64,000 bases of DNA from an uncultured Elusimicrobia bacterium (GCA_903880015.1 CAIRNS010000029.1:5378-69377), one strand, 5' to 3'. Shown: positions 27,864-38,746, counted from the stretch's first letter. Notes: a model not told the origin generated them from the sequence alone. A program made the numbers and translations.

Positions 27864-29078
27864 CTATTTATTGTTGAGTGCCGCGATGCCCGGAAGCACT
27901 TTGCCCTCAAGAAATTCAAGGGAAGCTCCGCCGCCCGTTGAAATATGGGATATTCTTTTATCAACCCCCGCCTTCTTTACCGCGGAAACCGAATCACCGC
28001 CACCGACGACCGATACGGCGCCCTTGTCAGTTGCCTGCGCTACGAGAGTTGCTATCTCAACAGTCCCCTTTGAAAATTGATCAATTTCAAAAATACCCAG
28101 CGGTCCGTTCCATACAATTGTTTTAGCACTAAGAACAAGCGGCGCTATCAGTGCCAGCGTTTTCGGGCCGACATCAACGCCCATGAACCCCGCGGGAACA
28201 CCATTGTCGGCGGTAATCTTTACTACCGCGCCATCGGGAATCTTCTTGTTGGCAAAATCCACTGAATCGACGATAGTATGGTCAACCGGTATAACTAAAT
28301 TAACTTTTTTCTCACGCGCTTTATTAATAAGCTCTGCGGCCAGGTCAATCTTATCAATTTCAACCAGCGATTTCCCCGTTTCAATACCCATGGCCTTAAG
28401 GAAAGTAAACGCCATGGCACCGCCGATAACCAATGAATCCACTTTACTCAAAAGATTTTCAATGACGCTGATTTTGTCTGAAACCTTAGCGCCCCCAAGA
28501 ATGGCCAGGAACGGCCGCTGAGGATTGTTCAACGCCTCGCCAAGAAATTTCAATTCTTTTTCAACGAGAAATCCTGCAACGGCGGTAGCAAGATGATTTA
28601 CGATGCCGGCAGTTGACGCATGCGCACGATGCACTGTTCCGAACGCATCCTGAACGAACACTTCGCCAAGAGACGCCAGTTCGGTGGCAAACGCATCGTC
28701 ATTTTTTTCTTCTTCGGGATGGAAACGAAGATTTTCAAGGAGCAGAATCTCACCCGACTTAAGATCTTGAGCCATCTTTTTGACTTCCGACCCAATACAA
28801 TCCGATGCCATTTTGACCGGTAATTTAAGTAACTCACTTAACCGTTGGGCTGCTGGCTTCAAGCTCATCGCCGCGACAACTTTACCTTTCGGGCGTCCAA
28901 GATGGGACATGAGAATAACCGCTGCATTCTGGGAAAGGAGATATTGAATAGTCGGCAGCGTCGCGGCAATCCGCTTATCGTTGGTTATCTGTTGTTTCTC
29001 ATCAAGGGGAACATTATAGTCAACCCGGACAAGGACTTTTTTTCCCTGAACAGAAATATCCCGTATGGTCTTTTTCAT
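27864..29078 (-). CDS. pgk: Phosphoglycerate kinase
   Basis: [28 protein letters not shown] and [11 protein letters not shown]. Confidence 0.98.
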   Translation of the reverse strand: MKKTIRDISVQGKKVLVRVDYNVPLDEKQQITNDKRIAATLPTIQYLLSQNAAVILMSHLGRPKGKVVAAMSLKPAAQRLSELLKLPVKMASDCIGSEVKKMAQDLKSGEILLLENLRFHPEEEKNDDAFATELASLGEVFVQDAFGTVHRAHASTAGIVNHLATAVAGFLVEKELKFLGEALNNPQRPFLAILGGAKVSDKISVIENLLSKVDSLVIGGAMAFTFLKAMGIETGKSLVEIDKIDLAAELINKAREKKVNLVIPVDHTIVDSVDFANKKIPDGAVVKITADNGVPAGFMGVDVGPKTLALIAPLVLSAKTIVWNGPLGIFEIDQFSKGTVEIATLVAQATDKGAVSVVGGGDSVSAVKKAGVDKRISHISTGGGASLEFLEGKVLPGIAALNNK

Positions 29079-29102
29079 GACTAATACCTCACACCCGAAA
29101 TA

Positions 29103-30149
29103 TTATTTCGAGCTCATGTATATAATAAGATCGACAACGCGATTGGAATAGCCCCATTCATTGTCATACCATGAAAGAACTTTTATTAAATTCCCTTCAA
29201 TTACTTTGGTAATCCCTGCATCAACAAAAGAGCTCAAGGGGCAATGATTGAAATCAACGGATACAAGCGGTTCATCGGTGTATCCGAGAATGCCTTTCAT
29301 TTTTCCTAAGGATGCAGCTTTGAGTGCGGCATTTATTTCTGCAGCGGTAGCCGGTTTTTTTAAGACAGCAGTTAAATCAACCGCTGACACATTAGGTGTC
29401 GGAACGCGAATGGCAAATCCGTCAAGTTTCCCTTTGAGTTCAGGAATAACCAGAGCAATTGCTTTTGCTGCGCCCGTCGATGTAGGAATCATTGAAACCG
29501 CTGCAGCGCGGGCACGACGAAGATCTGAATGCGCCATGTCCTGAATTCTCTGGTCGTTGGTGTAGGCATGGACTGTGGTCATCAAACCTTTTTCAATGCC
29601 CCATATATCATTAATAACTTTGGCAACAGGCCCAAGACAATTGGTGGTGCAAGAGGCATTGGAAACAACATGATGGTTTTTGGGATCGTATTTGTCATCA
29701 TTGACGCCCATGACAATGGTAATATCTTCACCTTCAGCCGGGGCTGAGATAATGACTTTTTTTGCGCCGCCTTTAGTGATATGGCTTTCTGCGCCGCGGA
29801 CTTCTTTGCCCTTTTTGTTTACGCCGTCTTTCTTAATGGTAAATAGTCCGGTTGATTCTACAACATAATCAACGCCGAGATCTTTCCAAGGAAGTTCAGC
29901 CGGATCTCTTTTCTTAAGGACTTTTATAATTTTTCCGTTGACGCTTATTTCATCTTCATTAAGCGCTTTTATTTCGCCCGGGAACTGTCCGTGCACTGAA
30001 TCGTATTTGAACAGGTGCGCATTCGATTTGGAATCCGTAAGGTCGTTTATCGCGACCAGTTCGATATTTTTGTCATTACGCTCAAGAATGGCGCGCGCTA
30101 CCAACCGTCCAATTCTGCCGAAACCGTTAATACCAACTTTCACTGTCAT
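29103..30149 (-). CDS. gap: Type I glyceraldehyde-3-phosphate dehydrogenase
   Basis: [20 protein letters not shown] and WYDNEWGYS. Confidence 0.98.
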   Translation of the reverse strand: MTVKVGINGFGRIGRLVARAILERNDKNIELVAINDLTDSKSNAHLFKYDSVHGQFPGEIKALNEDEISVNGKIIKVLKKRDPAELPWKDLGVDYVVESTGLFTIKKDGVNKKGKEVRGAESHITKGGAKKVIISAPAEGEDITIVMGVNDDKYDPKNHHVVSNASCTTNCLGPVAKVINDIWGIEKGLMTTVHAYTNDQRIQDMAHSDLRRARAAAVSMIPTSTGAAKAIALVIPELKGKLDGFAIRVPTPNVSAVDLTAVLKKPATAAEINAALKAASLGKMKGILGYTDEPLVSVDFNHCPLSSFVDAGITKVIEGNLIKVLSWYDNEWGYSNRVVDLIIYMSSK

Positions 30150-30206
30150 GTAAGTGTCCCCCTTAGTATCGAGCTTGCCTCACGGCAAGCATATAATTGA
30201 ATGTTG

Positions 30207-30235
30207 ATGATATAAAAAATTTTACTGAGTGTCAA
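30207..30235 (-). promoter_or_regulatory. gap-pgk promoter
   Basis: TTGACA-17 nt-TATCAT; 5' UTR contains hairpin GCTTGCC/GGCAAGC. Confidence 0.7.
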
Positions 30236-30306
30236 ATAACTAAATTCAGACAAGGTCAATTAGAAATATGCGTGATGGTAATCTGGCACGATTTTGATTT
30301 CAAATA

Positions 30307-30384
30307 TGTAGCGGCGCAGCTTGCTTCGCCGCCTTTGAAGTTACGGTTTTCGGCAACACCGGCAGAGCAAGCTCTGCAGCTACA
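30307..30384. repeat. Inverted GTAG-type REP doublet (REPIN-like), family A
   Basis: TGTAG-CGGCGCAGCTTGCTTCGCCG ... CGGCAGAGCAAGCTCTGCAG-CTACA. Confidence 0.7.
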
Positions 30385-30411
30385 AGGATACAAAAACGAC
30401 ACCAATGGTTG

Positions 30412-31128
30412 TTAATCGCGAGCTACCGTCACGCAGACGACTGACAATGCACCGGATTTCTTCAGCGCGGCGGCGCAGGCATCCAGTGTTGAGCAGGTTG
30501 TAGCAACATCATCAACTAATAAGATCTTTTTTCGGTGAATGTGCAAGGGATCCTTCACTGCCATAACTCCCTGCATGTTTTTTAATCTTTCCTGGCGACC
30601 AAGAGATGCCTGAACTCGGCCGCGACGCCGTCGCACAAGCGTATTGGTTATCAGCGGCTTATCAAGCGCTGTCGCGAGAATTCTTCCCAGCAATTCCGCC
30701 TGATTATAGCCGCGCAGCCATTGCTTTGACCAATGCAGAGGGACGGGGATGATACTATCAATATCACTGAGTTCTGGATGTTTTTCCACACAATCAATCA
30801 ATAGTTTTCCCAGATACCGCGCGGCATAATCCCGATGAGCGTATTTGAATGCACAAATCAATTTCTTTACCCCCCCTTCATAGCGGGTCGCCGAACGATT
30901 GACCGAGAAATGAAAGCCAACGCCTCTATTACAGAAATAGCAATGCGCCCCCCCGCTTTCAAGAGGTTGTCCACATTTGATGCAAAACAGACCCTCAATA
31001 CGCTTGACGGCGTCATTACAGCGCGAACAAACACGGCATGAGTCATTAATCGGCAGATCGGTGCCGCAGATAACGCAGGTAAGCGGGAAGAAGAAAGCAA
31101 GAATGTGAGAAAAAAGATTATTTAGAAT
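30412..31128 (-). CDS. comF: ComF/GntX family protein (double zinc ribbon + phosphoribosyltransferase)
   Basis: Uninterrupted frame FFP..CVIC...CSRC...CIKC...CYFC into KY, PVPLH..K...RGYNQA and LLVDDVATT. No ATG/GTG/TTG in frame upstream of the zinc ribbons; best start is ATT at 31128. Confidence 0.88.
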   Translation of the reverse strand: MLNNLFSHILAFFFPLTCVICGTDLPINDSCRVCSRCNDAVKRIEGLFCIKCGQPLESGGAHCYFCNRGVGFHFSVNRSATRYEGGVKKLICAFKYAHRDYAARYLGKLLIDCVEKHPELSDIDSIIPVPLHWSKQWLRGYNQAELLGRILATALDKPLITNTLVRRRRGRVQASLGRQERLKNMQGVMAVKDPLHIHRKKILLVDDVATTCSTLDACAAALKKSGALSVVCVTVARD

Positions 31129-34100
31129 TGGATAGTCAACTTTCCGGTGGCTTCCAAAGCAGTATAATTGGTTTTGGGGTTATCGCGATACTCAAAGCGG
31201 TTCCAACCCAGACCGAGCGACATGCGGAAATTCTGGGAGACTTCGTAATCAGCGGTACTGGCAATCGCATAATTAACATTATTATCCCGCTCGATATTCA
31301 AACTCGAATTATGCGTCAGATATTTTAAGGTTGTGGTAAAAATAAAGCGATTCGTCAACGGGAGAGTGCGGCGCGTGAACGGTATCGGAATTCCCCGCGG
31401 GAAGGACATATCCGTGTTGACTTGTCCGGTGTAAGTATTAGTAAACAATTGTGTGGTCAGGGCGCCGAGTCCGTCAACGCGCCATGTCTGCGCGTTTTCA
31501 TATCGGACCATGAACCGCCATTTTCCCGAAGTAAACCCGCTCTGGCTCGACCATGAAATGTCATCGCCCTCTTGCGTCAGCCGATTAAGTACAATATCAA
31601 AATCCCGTGTATGCGCAGTGTTGACAGTGAAATTAAGGTCCAGCTTTCTTACCAGATTGAACCGCCAATCACCGCCATAGGATTTGGTTTCGCTGTGAGC
31701 TATGAGAAGGGTATCCACGGATTTTTGCTGGAGACGAAAATTAATTTGAGAATCGCTCAGCCAGCGGTCGAGATACAACATTTTTTCCGATTGACTGAGC
31801 CCGATAAGCAAATCGGGCCAGACACGCGTATACACATCGCGTTTTGTCCCCGTAATATAGGAATGCTCGTCACTGCCGGAATAAGTAAAATTAGTGGTGA
31901 CCGTTCTCAGTGGTGACAACCTTCCATAGAGACCAAGCGCTTCAAACGGATTATACCGCCCTGAGATACGGATATCATTTTTTTGAACTACTGATTTAAC
32001 GAGATAGTATGTTGTAGTTCCCGGCGTCGGGATCGCCAGGAGCGGATTATCACGGACAATAAGCTTATCCATGGACGGAATTGCGGCTGTCACCGAGCTG
32101 TCGACATTGTCGTAGGAATCGGAATCCTGGATGCGAAACGATGACGAAAACCCCAGTGACTGGGTATACGCATAATTAAATATATCCTTGACCTGAAAAT
32201 TCCATGCCAACTCGCCGGCAGCGTTGCGCTCGATATATTTTCTTTGCGATGGATACACCGGATTGACAGGGTCAGTGCTCATCGTAAGGTTATAGTTTTC
32301 CCGTGTGTTTATCGAATAATTAACGCTGGGCTGCAGCCATTTGAATATGGTCAAAGAACTTGTCGCGCCTACATCCTGAGAAGCAGATTTAGGATATTCC
32401 CGAGCTACGGTGAAATCTTTATTCTTTTCTTTGACCTTGTTGATATTGTAGCTCGGGCTGAATAAAAATCCGTTCCACAACTGAAACGGTGTTTTAAGCG
32501 CAAATGAATCCGTTATTTCCAGCGTATGATAATCAGTTATCTGCAAATACTTCTGTGCAGCTAAAGGATCAAGAAATGCGTCAGTGTCAATAATCTTTGT
32601 CGACGGATAAACGCGGTAATAAGAATTTGTCTGACTGTAGCTGCCCGTAACGCTTGTGGGAAGAAAAAATACGCGCGCCGGCGTCGCATAACTAAAATTC
32701 CCCAGCAATGTTTCCCGATCTTCAAGTCGGCTAATCTGCTGAGAATCGATGATACTGCGTTGGTATGTACCCCCCATTTGGGGAAACCATTTACCCAGAG
32801 ACAAGCTTGAATCTGCAGCGCCGGTATAGGAAGTGACCCGCCCTTCATCAAGCACTGAAAGCAAATCGTTTTGATTTTGAACAACGGAGGGTGTTATCGT
32901 CCGTGAACGCATCATACGGGCAGTAAACGGCACCCAGGTAATTCCGCCGAGATTTAGCCCTTTAAAACCAAGCTGTCCGGAATCTTCAAGTAAATCGCGA
33001 TTATAAACTCCCGCTGCAAATGTCTGGAAATTGCGATTTATCTCTTTGCGGCTCCCGCCCGCAGTAATCGCTCCGACGCGTCCGGCACCCGGCCACAGCA
33101 GGTCCATGCTCGCCCGCCACGCCTCTCCGCTTTTTTTCATTGCATCACTGACATGGATTTCGTTTACCCACACTTCCCCGGTTTTCGGTCCAACCGCCCG
33201 CACTCCAATCTTCAACTGACTGATATTTGCCAGATTCGGTGTCCCGACTAACTTTATTGTTGCACGAGGATCATCGCTCACCCAATGGTCCGCCTTGTTA
33301 GCGCTGCCGACCTGACGAATAGTTATCAACTGCCAGGTATTCACCCACTCCGCGGGAATGGGCATAGAGTACTCATAATAGTTTAGGTCGCTGCCACCCG
33401 CTTGAAGGAAAAAAGTATCACCCTGCGCCTGTTTGCAGTAAACAAAAAATTTCAAATTACCGTAACTTGAAAAATCATAAGGGCGCCCGGAATAAACAAG
33501 GACTGCCCCCAATTGCGTAGTGGTCGTTCCCACGACATTATATTTAAGCGAAAGTGCCTGTTCTTTTGCCTTGGTAGTGGTAGTTTGAGTTTTATATAAC
33601 TGCTGATAATAATAATTGTTGGCAAGGCTCACATAGTCAGAATTATCGGTATTTATGGCAGTTATCGTTAGAGAACTACCGGTTACCGCATTGGCCGTGT
33701 CGGCCAACCAGCGATTGCCGACCATAGACAACCCGGCAATTGAAATGCTCCCTTTTTGCTGCGATGCCCCGCGAATTGTTACGCGCACCTCGCGAATATT
33801 TTTCCAGTCATCGGGAACAGCGATATTGAGCGGAATACGGAAAAATTTCCATCCGCTCCAGTCCACCGATGTATGGGCGACTCCGTTAGCGTCAAGTATC
33901 GATTTTCCATCGGTGTTTGCCGGCCCATAGGGGCAACCGGCAGCCGGCAGCTCAACTGTATCAATCTGTCCATTGGCATTAAAATCCTCGCTGTCGAGCT
34001 TCCCGTTCCCGGCTCCGATTTTGGTTATGGATCCGTCGGGATTGACAAAGTCCCATCCAATATCTTCACCTGAATCCAGTGTCCGGTTATAATTAAGGTC

Positions 34101-36497
34101 TTCCGATTCAAGTCCGGTGTTATTGCTGAATCTCTCGTTAAATGTCCCGTACGACACACTGATTTCTTCACCTTTTCCATCGCCGTTGATCCATGTCTCC
34201 AAATACAGTTTCTTTGAGAAATCCAAACCGCTTGTTGAGAGCGTCTGCACAAGTGAAACCTCATTTGAGTGAAGAAGGTTATAATTGATATTGAGTATTT
34301 GCTGTTTATCATCCGTCTGATATACCAAACTCGGGCTGATCTCGCTTTTTGATACTTCCTGGCTGACCCATGTAAGATCGGTGGCATAGAAAGGCACATT
34401 GGGACCGGTCGGCGCATAGCGCCACTGCTCAGTCAGCATTGAGATACCGTCCTCTTGCTTGATGCCTTCCATTGACTCAACCATGGCTTTGTCCATGATG
34501 TTGGGATTTTGTTCGCTCCGCGCATATTCACCGCTTACAGACATGGTCACGGAACTCAGTGGTATCTTAATATTTGTTGCACGAGAGTCGACCTCGCCAA
34601 CCAGCAAACTTGACGGCGTTGAACGAATGTCCGGAACAGTCTGGCCTTGAGCGGCAAAATCATACACAAAACTCGACCCGACAAAAATATCTTTCGTGAG
34701 AGACAATTCCGAGCGCATACCAACGAGCGTTGAACCGCTTGATCCGCCGAAAGGGGCGTAATCATAGGAAACATCGATAACCGTGTTTTCGTCAATACGG
34801 TCTTCGTTGTACAAGGTCAGTATCCCGGCGTCATAATCAATAAAATAGTCCTCGTTTGCTTTTAATACCCGGGCATTTACGGTAACCCTTTCCGACTGCG
34901 GAACGATACCGGGGCGCAGATTGATTATCTTAATCCGGTAACGGTATTCAGAAACGATGTTGTACCGGTGTGTATTTGAGGAATACAAATCATCCGGTAA
35001 CGGTTTGGCGCTTGCCGGATCAAAATTAAAGATTCCGTTCTCGAAATCAACGACAACATTCGAAGGATATGTGGGAACCGCCTTGTTGCCGGGCATGAGC
35101 GTAGCCGGAACAGCAGCATTAAGATCCTCTATGCGCAGGATAAAATTTCCGCGGCCGTTATCTCTGACTATTTTTATATTGCCGAGACTGTAAAATGTTT
35201 TCAGTTCGGTGGAAACGCCCAACGGGTTTGTAATGCCAAGCGCAGCGTTGGCGGTGGATACATTGTTGCGGTCTTTAATTAACAAAGGGTTACCAGGAAC
35301 GGCACCGCCAGAACTAAGCCATGTACCGTCATTCTTTTGATAATCAATAGCCACCGCCCAATCAGACCCCAGTCGATTGCGGAAAACAATATTGCCGGTG
35401 TGATAATCGACCGTGTAATCCTGACCTGCCACAAGAAGGTCGAAGTTTCCCGCATAAGAAAATCCCGGGTTGGGCAACAGTGACGACAATGAAGTGGCGG
35501 TGGAAATAACTATTTTCGAATTATTATCATTGCGGATATCATCCTGATAAATTTTAACGGTTCCCGCCTTTATAGCATCAACCCCGGCGTTCGTCGCGTA
35601 GTATTTAAGCGAAATGAAAGAAGTATCGGCTATCGTCACGCGGTTAAACTGCGTATTGCCGGTAAAGCGCTTTACTTCGGACAATCCTTTGGTCCGTGAG
35701 AAAAAACCCTGCGTATGCAAGGACTTGTAGCGGGTATCGAGTTTTACGCCGAACAACTGGCGGGAATAGCCGACGAATTCTGTCGAAGGAAGCGACATGA
35801 CGATATCGCCGAACGCCGCCTCCTGAACAAATTCGTTCGGATCGCCTTTGTAAACAACGGATATGTCGCGCTTGTCTGCGACGGTATCGTCAAAATCGAC
35901 ATTAACATTTATCTTTCGCCCCACCCGCCCTTTAATGCGCACCTGGAGTTCCTGCTTCATATCGAAACTGCTGGAGTTAACCCGTGTGCCGATCTCAGGC
36001 TGGTCGTAAATCGTGGATTTCATGGTCACGCCGATTAGTTTTCTGCCTGAAATGAACAACTGCGATTCATACGGCAGTTCGACAGAAAGACCCGGTGGAA
36101 GCGGCAGAGGAGCGGGGCGGGTAATCGTACTGACCGCCACAGTCGGCTCCTGAGAAACACCGGATTCCTGCGTATGGCGCATTTGTTGCCAACGGTCTTT
36201 TGAGTAGTAAACATTCTTATTGGTATCAAGAAATTCCAGAAATTCGGTTCCGGCAACCCCCTGCGGAGTAGTGGTTGGTAAAGATATTTCATATGCCGTA
36301 GCTACCGCAGTAGGTGTGGAAACGAAGGGAGTTACAGAATCAGCGGGAGAAGAAATAAGGGTAGCGAAAAAACTTTCTTTGTCAGAACCTAAAATTGAAT
36401 ATTTACTATCAGAAAGGCGGGAAAAAGGTTCCGCATACGCTGCTCGGGGGGCAAACGAAATGACCATATAAATGAAAATATACAATGCTTTTCGCAT
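31122..36497 (-). CDS. SprA/Sov-like giant outer-membrane beta-barrel (T9SS translocon homolog)
   Basis: Signal peptide; FDMKQELQV.IKGRVG..INVNVDFDD, YKGD..EFVQEAAFGD+..SLP...F.GYS.QLFGVK, SERVTVN...L....DY.IDY..G.L, SEDLN.N..LD and GEVWVNEI motifs as in SprA; alternating beta-strand C-terminus ending in Phe. Confidence 0.8.
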   Translation of the reverse strand: MRKALYIFIYMVISFAPRAAYAEPFSRLSDSKYSILGSDKESFFATLISSPADSVTPFVSTPTAVATAYEISLPTTTPQGVAGTEFLEFLDTNKNVYYSKDRWQQMRHTQESGVSQEPTVAVSTITRPAPLPLPPGLSVELPYESQLFISGRKLIGVTMKSTIYDQPEIGTRVNSSSFDMKQELQVRIKGRVGRKINVNVDFDDTVADKRDISVVYKGDPNEFVQEAAFGDIVMSLPSTEFVGYSRQLFGVKLDTRYKSLHTQGFFSRTKGLSEVKRFTGNTQFNRVTIADTSFISLKYYATNAGVDAIKAGTVKIYQDDIRNDNNSKIVISTATSLSSLLPNPGFSYAGNFDLLVAGQDYTVDYHTGNIVFRNRLGSDWAVAIDYQKNDGTWLSSGGAVPGNPLLIKDRNNVSTANAALGITNPLGVSTELKTFYSLGNIKIVRDNGRGNFILRIEDLNAAVPATLMPGNKAVPTYPSNVVVDFENGIFNFDPASAKPLPDDLYSSNTHRYNIVSEYRYRIKIINLRPGIVPQSERVTVNARVLKANEDYFIDYDAGILTLYNEDRIDENTVIDVSYDYAPFGGSSGSTLVGMRSELSLTKDIFVGSSFVYDFAAQGQTVPDIRSTPSSLLVGEVDSRATNIKIPLSSVTMSVSGEYARSEQNPNIMDKAMVESMEGIKQEDGISMLTEQWRYAPTGPNVPFYATDLTWVSQEVSKSEISPSLVYQTDDKQQILNINYNLLHSNEVSLVQTLSTSGLDFSKKLYLETWINGDGKGEEISVSYGTFNERFSNNTGLESEDLNYNRTLDSGEDIGWDFVNPDGSITKIGAGNGKLDSEDFNANGQIDTVELPAAGCPYGPANTDGKSILDANGVAHTSVDWSGWKFFRIPLNIAVPDDWKNIREVRVTIRGASQQKGSISIAGLSMVGNRWLADTANAVTGSSLTITAINTDNSDYVSLANNYYYQQLYKTQTTTTKAKEQALSLKYNVVGTTTTQLGAVLVYSGRPYDFSSYGNLKFFVYCKQAQGDTFFLQAGGSDLNYYEYSMPIPAEWVNTWQLITIRQVGSANKADHWVSDDPRATIKLVGTPNLANISQLKIGVRAVGPKTGEVWVNEIHVSDAMKKSGEAWRASMDLLWPGAGRVGAITAGGSRKEINRNFQTFAAGVYNRDLLEDSGQLGFKGLNLGGITWVPFTARMMRSRTITPSVVQNQNDLLSVLDEGRVTSYTGAADSSLSLGKWFPQMGGTYQRSIIDSQQISRLEDRETLLGNFSYATPARVFFLPTSVTGSYSQTNSYYRVYPSTKIIDTDAFLDPLAAQKYLQITDYHTLEITDSFALKTPFQLWNGFLFSPSYNINKVKEKNKDFTVAREYPKSASQDVGATSSLTIFKWLQPSVNYSINTRENYNLTMSTDPVNPVYPSQRKYIERNAAGELAWNFQVKDIFNYAYTQSLGFSSSFRIQDSDSYDNVDSSVTAAIPSMDKLIVRDNPLLAIPTPGTTTYYLVKSVVQKNDIRISGRYNPFEALGLYGRLSPLRTVTTNFTYSGSDEHSYITGTKRDVYTRVWPDLLIGLSQSEKMLYLDRWLSDSQINFRLQQKSVDTLLIAHSETKSYGGDWRFNLVRKLDLNFTVNTAHTRDFDIVLNRLTQEGDDISWSSQSGFTSGKWRFMVRYENAQTWRVDGLGALTTQLFTNTYTGQVNTDMSFPRGIPIPFTRRTLPLTNRFIFTTTLKYLTHNSSLNIERDNNVNYAIASTADYEVSQNFRMSLGLGWNRFEYRDNPKTNYTALEATGKLTIQF

Positions 36498-36557
36498 GTC
36501 ATTAAATTATAACTCATTTTATATCATTTTGCTACATTTTTTTATATAATACCAACC

Positions 36558-37649
36558 ATGAAGATCGTTCACCGCTATGTTATCAGGGAATTCATCGAAG
36601 CATCCTTTTTTGGGCTAGTGGTTTTTTCCACAATTTTACTGCTCGACCAGGTATTTCAGCTTATTAATCTGATACTCTCAAAACACGTTTCTGTTTTTCT
36701 TGTTGCCAAACTGTTTCTCTTGGTTCTTCCCAACATCTTTTCGCTGACGGTCCCCATGGCAACCCTTTTTGGCATTTTGCTAGCTTTCGGCCGCCTTTCC
36801 GAAGATAACGAGATAACAGCCCTGCGCGGAACGGGATCCGCCTACGGCTCCTTTACTTTCCCGATACTTATCTGTGCGGCTGCACTCAGTTTTTCGCTGA
36901 TATATTTTAATCAATTTTTGTCCCCAAACACCCACAAAAGCTTCCGGAAGATGTACACCGAGATATTAACCAATACGCCGTTGATTAGATTTGAAGAAAA
37001 AACAATTACCACAATCGGCGAGTATCATCTGTATGTAAAACGCTCCGATACTGATGCGGGCGTTCTGCGCGGTATCAATATTTATAAGTTTTCAAACGAG
37101 GAAGTTGGCGTTCCGTGGCGCATCGCCGCTTCTTCAGGGACGGTCGCCGTAACGCCGCAAGCGGTGATATTAACTTTGCACAACGGCTATTGGCAAAAAC
37201 CAAACCCTGCCAGACCGGGCAATTTGATTCACATGACATTTCGCACCTATATTTTCCCCATCCCCATAAACGACAAAGCACTACCGGCAAGCCAGTCGCT
37301 GAGAGAAATGAACTTTAACGAACTTCGTCAGGAAATAGCGACCTACCGGACACGAAAAATGCCTACCAATTTCCTTGAAAATGAGTTCTGGTTGCGATTC
37401 GTTTTGGCACTTGCCCCATTGATGTTCGCAATCATCGCTATCCCCTTGGGGATTATCACTGAAAAAGGCGCAAAATCGATCGGATTCGGCATGAGTTTAT
37501 TAATATTGTTTGGATTTTATATATTGCTGGTCACCGCTATGAACATTGGCGAGAACGGCTACATACGACCCGGGATTATTTTGTGGCTTCCCCATATAGT
37601 CCTTCTGGCTGCCGGCAGTTTTCTCTGGAAAAAAATGTTGAGGAAATAA
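36558..37649 (+). CDS. lptF: LPS export permease LptF family
   Basis: RYVIREF, PMATLFGILLAFGRLSEDNEITALRGTG, periplasmic domain and C-terminal TMs. Confidence 0.9.
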   Translation: MKIVHRYVIREFIEASFFGLVVFSTILLLDQVFQLINLILSKHVSVFLVAKLFLLVLPNIFSLTVPMATLFGILLAFGRLSEDNEITALRGTGSAYGSFTFPILICAAALSFSLIYFNQFLSPNTHKSFRKMYTEILTNTPLIRFEEKTITTIGEYHLYVKRSDTDAGVLRGINIYKFSNEEVGVPWRIAASSGTVAVTPQAVILTLHNGYWQKPNPARPGNLIHMTFRTYIFPIPINDKALPASQSLREMNFNELRQEIATYRTRKMPTNFLENEFWLRFVLALAPLMFAIIAIPLGIITEKGAKSIGFGMSLLILFGFYILLVTAMNIGENGYIRPGIILWLPHIVLLAAGSFLWKKMLRK

Positions 37650-37652
37650 ATT

Positions 37653-38729
37653 ATGCTTTTGTACCGATATCTATCCCGCGAATTTATTAAACCGTTGATT
37701 TTTAGCACCGCCAGTTTTGGCGGATTAGTTATGATTTCCGAGTTTTTTCGGGAGTTAAATTATTATCTCGAGAAAAAAGTTAATTTCATCGATGTTTTCG
37801 CCTATCTTTTGTGCAATCTTCCCTGGTGGTGCATTCAAGTATTGCCGGTCTCCGTCCTGTTGGCAGTGTTGTTTTCGCTGGGCGATCTTGCGCGCCATAA
37901 CGAGATAACCGCGGTTAAGGCATCCGGAGTTAATCTGTGGAAGATCATACTGCTCTTTATGCTGGGCGGATTGCTGATCGGCGTCAGTGATTTTGCCGTA
38001 CGGGAACTGGTTATCCCCCACACAGTGCGCCTTGCGGAAGTTATCCGTGACACCCGCATTCACCGCGAAGACGCATCCGACCATTATCAATATTACAATC
38101 ATGTCGTCACTTTGCCGGGCAACGGCAGAATGACAATCGGATATCTCAACCTCAAAACAAAGACAATGACCGCGGTCGTCATTGACTATTTCGACGACAA
38201 CGACGAGCTTCGGCGGCAAGTTGTCGCTGCGTCAGCTGATTGGGTTAACGACGATTGGAGTTTTCGCCAGGGCGTCGAACGCATTTTCACGCCAGCCGGC
38301 AGCGAAGATCATCCGTTTTCGCAGCAGAACAATATCATGAAGGTCCCCCCGGATGCCTTTGTTGTTAAACATTTGCGCCCCGAACTGATGAATACGCGGG
38401 CTTTTTTCCGGTATATAAAAACCTTTGAGCTGATTGGCGCTCCCGTGCAAAACGAAAAGATACAACTACACCAGCGGTTTGCGGCAGTTTTCAGCCACAT
38501 GATCGTGATGTGCATCGGCATACCCTTCGCGCTGGGGTTGGGAAGCCGGCACGGGAAATTGATTAGTTTTACGTTTGCGCTTATTTTTGCGTTTATCTAT
38601 TGGGGATTGCAGGCAGTCGGACAATCACTAGGCGAGAATAAAATTATTTCCCCGCTTATGGCAGCGTGGCTTGCTAATATTATTTTTGCGTGGATTGGTT
38701 TGTGGATGATTGCAAAGGTAGACAAATAA
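37653..38729 (+). CDS. lptG: LPS export permease LptG family
   Basis: RYLSREF, LPVSVLLAVLFSLG.LARHNEITAVKASG and P.MAAWLANIIF. Confidence 0.9.
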   Translation: MLLYRYLSREFIKPLIFSTASFGGLVMISEFFRELNYYLEKKVNFIDVFAYLLCNLPWWCIQVLPVSVLLAVLFSLGDLARHNEITAVKASGVNLWKIILLFMLGGLLIGVSDFAVRELVIPHTVRLAEVIRDTRIHREDASDHYQYYNHVVTLPGNGRMTIGYLNLKTKTMTAVVIDYFDDNDELRRQVVAASADWVNDDWSFRQGVERIFTPAGSEDHPFSQQNNIMKVPPDAFVVKHLRPELMNTRAFFRYIKTFELIGAPVQNEKIQLHQRFAAVFSHMIVMCIGIPFALGLGSRHGKLISFTFALIFAFIYWGLQAVGQSLGENKIISPLMAAWLANIIFAWIGLWMIAKVDK

Positions 38730-38746
38730 TTCATATACATCTGGAT

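Noticed and set aside
30412-31100. Apparent frameshifted or split comF (ORF track 30412-30861 and 30867-31100), with G-runs suggesting phase variation
   Set aside because: Manual translation shows one continuous frame through both G-runs. The 77-aa ORF is an off-frame artefact, and the split only reflects the missing canonical start.
16804-31128. Competence regulon inferred from the ComEB-like deaminase and comF
   Set aside because: Both families are widespread housekeeping-type genes and no DNA-uptake genes (comEA, comEC) are in the window.
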